Assembly (NCBI GenBank): GCA_009377375.1
Contig: WHUE01000012.1
Span: forward strand, 2,427-66,426
DNA length: 64,000 bases
Source: Alphaproteobacteria bacterium
GTDB taxonomy: Bacteria > Pseudomonadota > Alphaproteobacteria > MPNO01 > UBA2964
Direction of reading: 5' to 3'
Shown here one piece after another: positions 59,375 through 64,000 of the stretch. Below the pieces are notes generated by a model that had not been told where the DNA came from, ran no database searches, and saw nothing but the letters and a program-made list of their open reading frames with translations. The translations under genes and the position numbers were made by a program. Numbering within the stretch: the first letter of the stretch is position 1; each line of letters opens with the position of its first letter.

Positions 59375-59758
59375 GTGGCCAGTATTCTTATTGCCGAGGA
59401 CGACAAGGCGGTACGCGAGTTCGTCAGCCGCGCGCTGCGGCAGGACGGGCACGACATCATGGCGGTCAGCGACGGCCAACAGGCGCTGAACGCGCTGGGC
59501 AGCCGGCGGTTCGACATGCTGCTGGCCGATATCGTCATGCCCCATGTCGACGGCATCGCGCTCGCGCTGAAGGCGTCGAAGGATTACCCCGACCTGCCCG
59601 TGCTGCTGATGACCGGCTATGCCGCCGAGCGCCAGCGGGCGCACAATCTGGAAACGCTGATCCACGAAGTCATCAGCAAGCCGTTCACGCTGCGCGACAT
59701 CTGCGAATCGGTCCGCCGCGTGCTTGCCGAACCGCCCGCCGGCCAGCAGGTTCATTAG
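59375..59758 (+). CDS. cpdR: single-domain response regulator, CpdR-like
   Basis: receiver-only protein with the CpdR-type DIVMPHVDGIALA...TGYAA pattern; GTG start. Confidence 0.7.
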   Translation: MASILIAEDDKAVREFVSRALRQDGHDIMAVSDGQQALNALGSRRFDMLLADIVMPHVDGIALALKASKDYPDLPVLLMTGYAAERQRAHNLETLIHEVISKPFTLRDICESVRRVLAEPPAGQQVH

Positions 59759-59794
59759 GAAAGCCCTCGCTGCCGCCGCTGCGGCCGTCCGGCC

Positions 59795-62284
59795 TCAGAA
59801 GCGGTGGAGCAGGCGGTCGATGTAATCCAGCTCGATGCGCGGGCGGAAGCTCTGCCCCGAGCGCCGGCGCAGCTCGTCGAGAATGTCGCGGGCGCGCTGC
59901 ACGGCCGATTCGTCGGGGATCTGCACATCCGAGGAATCGGCGTCCGACCCCATCATCTCGCGGCCGAGCGGGTCGCGCTGCGGCTGTCCGGGGCGCTGCT
60001 GGCGCGGCCGGCCCATCCCGCTCTCGCGGGCGAAGCGTTCCATCATCTGCTCCATCAGCCCGCGCCCGGCCTGGCGCAGCTGTTCCAGCGCCTGGCCCTG
60101 CTGTCCGGCGGCGTCGCCGGGACGGCCCTGCTGCAGCGACCGGATGGCCTGCTCCATCGCCTCGTTGGCGCGATCGAGAAACTGGCCGGGGCCGGGGCCC
60201 TGGCCGGGCTGCATGCCCTGCATCTGCTCGCGAAACTGCTGCAGCATGCGCTGAAGCGCCTGCTGGTCCGTCGCCTGGCCGGGGCCGGGCTGCATGCCCT
60301 GCTGCTGCCGCCGGAACGACTGGTCCATGAGCTGGCGCTGGCGCTGCATCATCTGCTGAAGCTGGCGCATCGCGCCCGCGCCCTGGCCCTGCGGGCTGCG
60401 CGAGCGCATGACCTGCATGGCGCGCATGTTCTCCATCATCTGCTGCAGCTGGGCGAGCATCTCGCGCGCCGCCTGGCGGGCGCCGGACCGCATCAGATCG
60501 CGAATCTGGTCCAGCATCTTCTGCAGGTCGGACGATCGCATCATCTGCATGGTGCTGGGATCGAACTCCTGCGGCTGCTGGTCCGGATTCTGCATCATCT
60601 GCTGCGCCATCGCGCGCAGGTAGCGGTCCAGCGCGCGCCTGAGCTCGGCCATCAGCCGCTCCAGCTCGGCATCGGAGGCGTTCTCGGCCAACGCCTTCAT
60701 CAGCGTCTCCTGCGCCCGGCGCAGCTCGCGCTCGGCGAGCGAGACGCGCCCGTCCTCGAGCCGCAGCGCGGTGTCCCAGAGCAGCCCGCGCACCGGCTCG
60801 ACAGCGCCGTCGGTCTCATCCATCGACAGCCGCGACCGGGCCGTGATCAGCGCGAGGAACACCACGGAATCGTGATGGAACGCACCGGGCTCGGAGGCGA
60901 TCTCCACGATCCGGCGGACGATGTCCTCGCGCTTGTGCGGCTCGCTTGTCAGGCGCTTGCGCTGCTCGATGATGGCGCGGGCGACCGGGTTGGTGAACTG
61001 GCGCTCGGGCAGGGTGAACGGCATTGCCTCGGAGCGCCCTTCCTGGCCCAGAGCGTCCACCGCCACAAGCTCCATCGTCACCGGCATTCCCGCCCATTTG
61101 TGCGGGGCGAGGTCGTGGAAGCCGGATTCCTTCGCCGCGGTGGCGTTGCGGCCCGGCAGATGGAGCTCCAGCGTCGTCATCTCCTTGCCGATCACCGCGC
61201 CTTTTTCATAAGTGCGGCGCAGTTCCGCCCGGACGGAGACCAGCCCGTAATCGTCGGCCGCGTTGAACGCGATCCCGGTGGCGGCGTGCAGCGTCGGCTG
61301 CGGCGGTTTGTCGAAGGCGATGGTCGGCGGCCGGTCCGGCACGATCTCGACGGCCCATGCGCCAAGCGTCTCGCCCGAAAGCTCGACCTCGAGCGGCCCG
61401 CCCTTTTCGAGCGCCATCTCCAGCCGGCTGCTGGCGCGATCGACCGTCTCGAACGGGACCGCATCGTCGCCGAGGCGCAGCCGCGCCTGGCCGCCGCCCG
61501 GCCCCTGCACCTGGGCCGCCAGCTTGCTGCCGGCGGGCACCTTCAGCAGGACCGGGCCGTCCGGCGCGGCGGCGCCCTGCGGTCCCGCAGGCGGCGCGCC
61601 CGCGGGCGCCTTCGCCAGCCGCGTCGGGAACAGCGGGGCGAGACCGGTATAGGAGGGCGGCGTAATCCACAAATCCAGCCTGGCGACGTTCGCCGCGCTC
61701 TTGCCCACGCCCAGCGCCGGCTGCAGTGCGCGGGCCAGCCGTTCGTCCGCGTCCCTCCACCCGGCGGTCAGCCCGACGACGAGCAGCAGCAGCAGCGCGC
61801 CGCGCAGGCTCCACTGGTCGAGGCGGGCAAGGCCCGGCGTCGGGGCGCCCACGCGCAGCCGCCGCACCATCTCGGCCATGCGTTGCTGGTGCACCCGCCA
61901 CAGCGCGGCGGAATCGGGGTCGTTGCCGCCGACGGCGAGCGTGTCCTCCATCGCGGCCAGCGGCCGGTGGTCGAGCCCGCTCGCCTGTTCCAGCCGGCGC
62001 CGCGCCTCCTCCGTGCCGGGGGCGGAGAAGCGGCGGCAGCCCCGGCGCGCCGCAACGCCGAACGCGACCGCAAGCGCCAGCAGGACGAGCGCGTGAGCCC
62101 ATCCGGGCAGATGCGGCAGGACATCGAGCAGGGCAAGGGCCAGAAACAGCCCGGCGATTCCCACGGCGGGCCACGCCGCCAGCCAGGCACTCTCCCAAGT
62201 CAGCGCGAGCCGGGCCAGACCAAGCTTTCGTCCCAGCCGGGGGAGAGTCGGGCGGATACGGTCGTCTTCGGCCAAATCCGTCAT
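59795..62284 (-). CDS. TIGR02302/DUF4175-family membrane protein with Q/M-rich coiled-coil region
   Basis: N-terminal TM helices, large periplasmic-like domain, long Gln/Met-rich low-complexity C-terminus. Confidence 0.75.
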   Translation of the reverse strand: MTDLAEDDRIRPTLPRLGRKLGLARLALTWESAWLAAWPAVGIAGLFLALALLDVLPHLPGWAHALVLLALAVAFGVAARRGCRRFSAPGTEEARRRLEQASGLDHRPLAAMEDTLAVGGNDPDSAALWRVHQQRMAEMVRRLRVGAPTPGLARLDQWSLRGALLLLLVVGLTAGWRDADERLARALQPALGVGKSAANVARLDLWITPPSYTGLAPLFPTRLAKAPAGAPPAGPQGAAAPDGPVLLKVPAGSKLAAQVQGPGGGQARLRLGDDAVPFETVDRASSRLEMALEKGGPLEVELSGETLGAWAVEIVPDRPPTIAFDKPPQPTLHAATGIAFNAADDYGLVSVRAELRRTYEKGAVIGKEMTTLELHLPGRNATAAKESGFHDLAPHKWAGMPVTMELVAVDALGQEGRSEAMPFTLPERQFTNPVARAIIEQRKRLTSEPHKREDIVRRIVEIASEPGAFHHDSVVFLALITARSRLSMDETDGAVEPVRGLLWDTALRLEDGRVSLAERELRRAQETLMKALAENASDAELERLMAELRRALDRYLRAMAQQMMQNPDQQPQEFDPSTMQMMRSSDLQKMLDQIRDLMRSGARQAAREMLAQLQQMMENMRAMQVMRSRSPQGQGAGAMRQLQQMMQRQRQLMDQSFRRQQQGMQPGPGQATDQQALQRMLQQFREQMQGMQPGQGPGPGQFLDRANEAMEQAIRSLQQGRPGDAAGQQGQALEQLRQAGRGLMEQMMERFARESGMGRPRQQRPGQPQRDPLGREMMGSDADSSDVQIPDESAVQRARDILDELRRRSGQSFRPRIELDYIDRLLHRF

Positions 62285-62390
62285 CCTTTCGATGCGCCGC
62301 GCGCGCGGCGCGGCCTGTACGGGCCTATGCTACCAGATGTGTCGCCGGAGGCCCAAATCAACATTTCCTAGTCTTCGAGCCAAGCGGGTC

Positions 62391-63656
62391 CTAGTCTTCG
62401 AGCCAGGTGGGCAGGCGGTCAAGGGATATCAGCGCTTCGTAATCCGGCCGCGGGCGGATGACGAAGAATTGATCGCCGTTCACCATCACCTCCGCCACCG
62501 GCAGCCGGGTGTTGTAGGTGGACGCCATCGCCGCGCCGTAGGCCCCGGCGGACTCGATCGCCAGCAGTGCGCCGGCGGCGATGTCGTCGGGCAGGGCGGC
62601 GCCGCGGGCGAGCACGTCGCCGGTCTCGCAGACCGGCCCCACCACCTCCGCCGCCCGCCGCGCGGCGTTGCGCCGGTCTGCCGCGGGAACCACATTGTGC
62701 TTCGCGTCGTAGAGTGCGGGCCGTATCAGGTCGTTCATCGCCGCGTCGACGATGACGAAGCGCTTCGTCGCCGTGTCCTTCACGAAGATGACGCTGGTGA
62801 CCAGGATGCCGGCATTGCCGACCAGCACGCGGCCCGGCTCGAACACCAGCTTCACGTCCAGCCCGCCCACCGTCTCCGCGACCATCGCCGCGTAATCGGC
62901 GGGGTTCGGCGGGGACTCGCCCTCGTAGACGATGCCGAGCCCGCCGCCGAGATCGAGCCGCTCCACCGTCAGCCCCTGGGCGCGCAGGCTCCGCACCAGC
63001 GCGGCGACGCGGGCGAAGGCGGCGCGGAACGGGTCCAGCGTGGTGAGCTGCGAGCCGATATGGACCGCGATCCCGACCGGCTTCAGCGACGGCAGCGCGG
63101 CGGCGCGGGCATACAGCGCGGGGGCGAGCGCGAGATCGATGCCGAACTTGTCCTCCTTGCGCCCGGTCGCGATCTTGTGGTGGGTGTTCGCATCCACATC
63201 CGGATTGACGCGGAGCGCCACGGGGGCGGTGCGGCCCAGCCCGGCGGCGATTTCGGCCAGCGCCTCCAGCTCGGGCGCGGATTCGACGTTGAACTGGCCG
63301 ATCCCGGCTTCCAGCGCGAAGGCCATTTCCGGCCGCGTCTTGCCGACGCCGGAAAACACGATCTTCTCCGCCGGCACCCCGGCCGCCAGCGCGCGGCGCA
63401 GCTCGCCCTCGCTGACCACGTCCGCGCCCGCGCCGAGCCGCGCGAGGGTGCGGATCACCGCGATATTGCTGTTGGCCTTCACCGCGTAGCAGACGAGCGC
63501 GCCAAGCGAGGCGAGCGCGCCAGCGAACACCTGATAATGCCGCGTCAACGTCGCCGCGGAATAGCAGTAGAACGGCGTGCCCACCGCGGCCGCGATCTCG
63601 GCGACGGCGACGCCCTCGGCGAACAGCCGCCCGTCGCGGTACTCGAAATGGTTCAT
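62391..63656 (-). CDS. lysA: diaminopimelate decarboxylase
   Basis: Orn/DAP/Arg decarboxylase family (YAVKAN, GGGLG); ATG 63656. Confidence 0.9.
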   Translation of the reverse strand: MNHFEYRDGRLFAEGVAVAEIAAAVGTPFYCYSAATLTRHYQVFAGALASLGALVCYAVKANSNIAVIRTLARLGAGADVVSEGELRRALAAGVPAEKIVFSGVGKTRPEMAFALEAGIGQFNVESAPELEALAEIAAGLGRTAPVALRVNPDVDANTHHKIATGRKEDKFGIDLALAPALYARAAALPSLKPVGIAVHIGSQLTTLDPFRAAFARVAALVRSLRAQGLTVERLDLGGGLGIVYEGESPPNPADYAAMVAETVGGLDVKLVFEPGRVLVGNAGILVTSVIFVKDTATKRFVIVDAAMNDLIRPALYDAKHNVVPAADRRNAARRAAEVVGPVCETGDVLARGAALPDDIAAGALLAIESAGAYGAAMASTYNTRLPVAEVMVNGDQFFVIRPRPDYEALISLDRLPTWLED

Positions 63657-63811
63657 TTGGGGACGTACGGATTCGGGTCGTACGGATAGACTCTCGGATA
63701 GTCGGACTTCTCGCCCGGCGGCGGTTCCAGATCGGCCTTCTTGCCGCACCCCGAAAGGGGCAGGGCCAGCGCCAGCGCGGCCAGCAGCGCGATCGGCCCC
63801 TGCCGCCTCAT
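63653..63811 (-). CDS. small lipoprotein (LptM/YifL-like)
   Basis: lipobox ALALPLSGC plus Pro-rich tail; its stop overlaps the lysA start. Confidence 0.6.
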   Translation of the reverse strand: MRRQGPIALLAALALALPLSGCGKKADLEPPPGEKSDYPRVYPYDPNPYVPK

Positions 63812-64000
63812 AGGAAACGCTCCCGCGCGGCCCGGACCTGCGCGCGTACGCAATCGGGCGCGGTGCCGCCGTAGCTGGTGCGGCTGGCCACGGAATTCTC
63901 CACGCCGAGCACGCCGTAGACCTCCGCCGTGATCGCGGGTTCCACCTTCTGCATCGCGTCGAGCGCCAGCGCGCCGATCTCGCAGCCCGACTCGTCCGCC
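63808..64000 (-). CDS. argH: argininosuccinate lyase, C-terminal fragment (continues beyond the window)
   Basis: manual translation ends ...[32 protein letters not shown]; its stop overlaps the lipoprotein start. Confidence 0.6.
   Translation of the reverse strand, partial: ADESGCEIGALALDAMQKVEPAITAEVYGVLGVENSVASRTSYGGTAPDCVRAQVRAARERFL

Overview
This 64 kb window is a high-GC (~68-70%) chromosomal core region of an alphaproteobacterium, probably Rhodospirillales-like. The clues are a three-part pntAA/pntAB/pntB transhydrogenase, GapR, CpdR, a TIGR02302/DUF4175 protein and an argH-lptM-lysA arrangement. I call about 64 protein-coding genes, densely packed, many with ATGA/GTGA start-stop overlaps. 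I saw no rRNA, tRNA, CRISPR array, transposase, integrase or phage genes. Gene blocks, start to end: glycolate oxidase glcDEF (5' end truncated by the window edge), a TPR protein, and convergently a secreted methyltransferase, pyruvate kinase and glycerate 2-kinase; a divergent, translationally coupled N-formylglutamate-amidohydrolase-like / YbdK(GCS2)-like ligase pair; small DUF1697, DUF1244 and GapR (DUF2312) genes and a CapA/PGA_cap-like membrane phosphoesterase; a small membrane protein, an SDR and long-chain acyl-CoA synthetase on the minus strand; oligoendopeptidase F, an ABC1/UbiB-family kinase and rpsU; a divergent biotin cluster (bioB-bioA / bioF-bioD); pntAA-pntAB-pntB, def, a COQ9-like protein and purE; a GGDEF cyclase, pfk flanked by two DUF465 genes, and a PAS-GGDEF(degenerate)-EAL protein preceded by a strikingly AT-rich island; phaA-phaB; gloB with two tandem GSTs and a divergent YafS-like methyltransferase; metX-metW with a structured leader; chorismate mutase-hisC-tyrC; DUF2125, a DMT transporter, ChaC and a FAH-family protein; a TAXI-TRAP binding protein plus fused permease; class II (B12) ribonucleotide reductase nrdJ; the ftsE-ftsX-DUF218-plsC overlapping operon; a zinc-ribbon protein, hpt and cpdR; a Q/M-rich DUF4175 protein; and lysA, an LptM-like lipoprotein and the 3' end of argH. 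Beyond the genes, the main observations are a family of GC-rich REP-like hairpin repeats, a perfect 18-bp palindrome, an in-frame 21-bp tandem duplication inside bioA, an ~80-bp AT-rich island (~15% GC), and a candidate riboswitch-like leader on metX. The very long ORFs antisense to real genes in the six-frame track are high-GC artefacts. I cannot claim a fully novel system from sequence alone. The FGase-like/GCS2-like coupled pair and the AT-rich island next to GapR and c-di-GMP genes are the least-explained loci.
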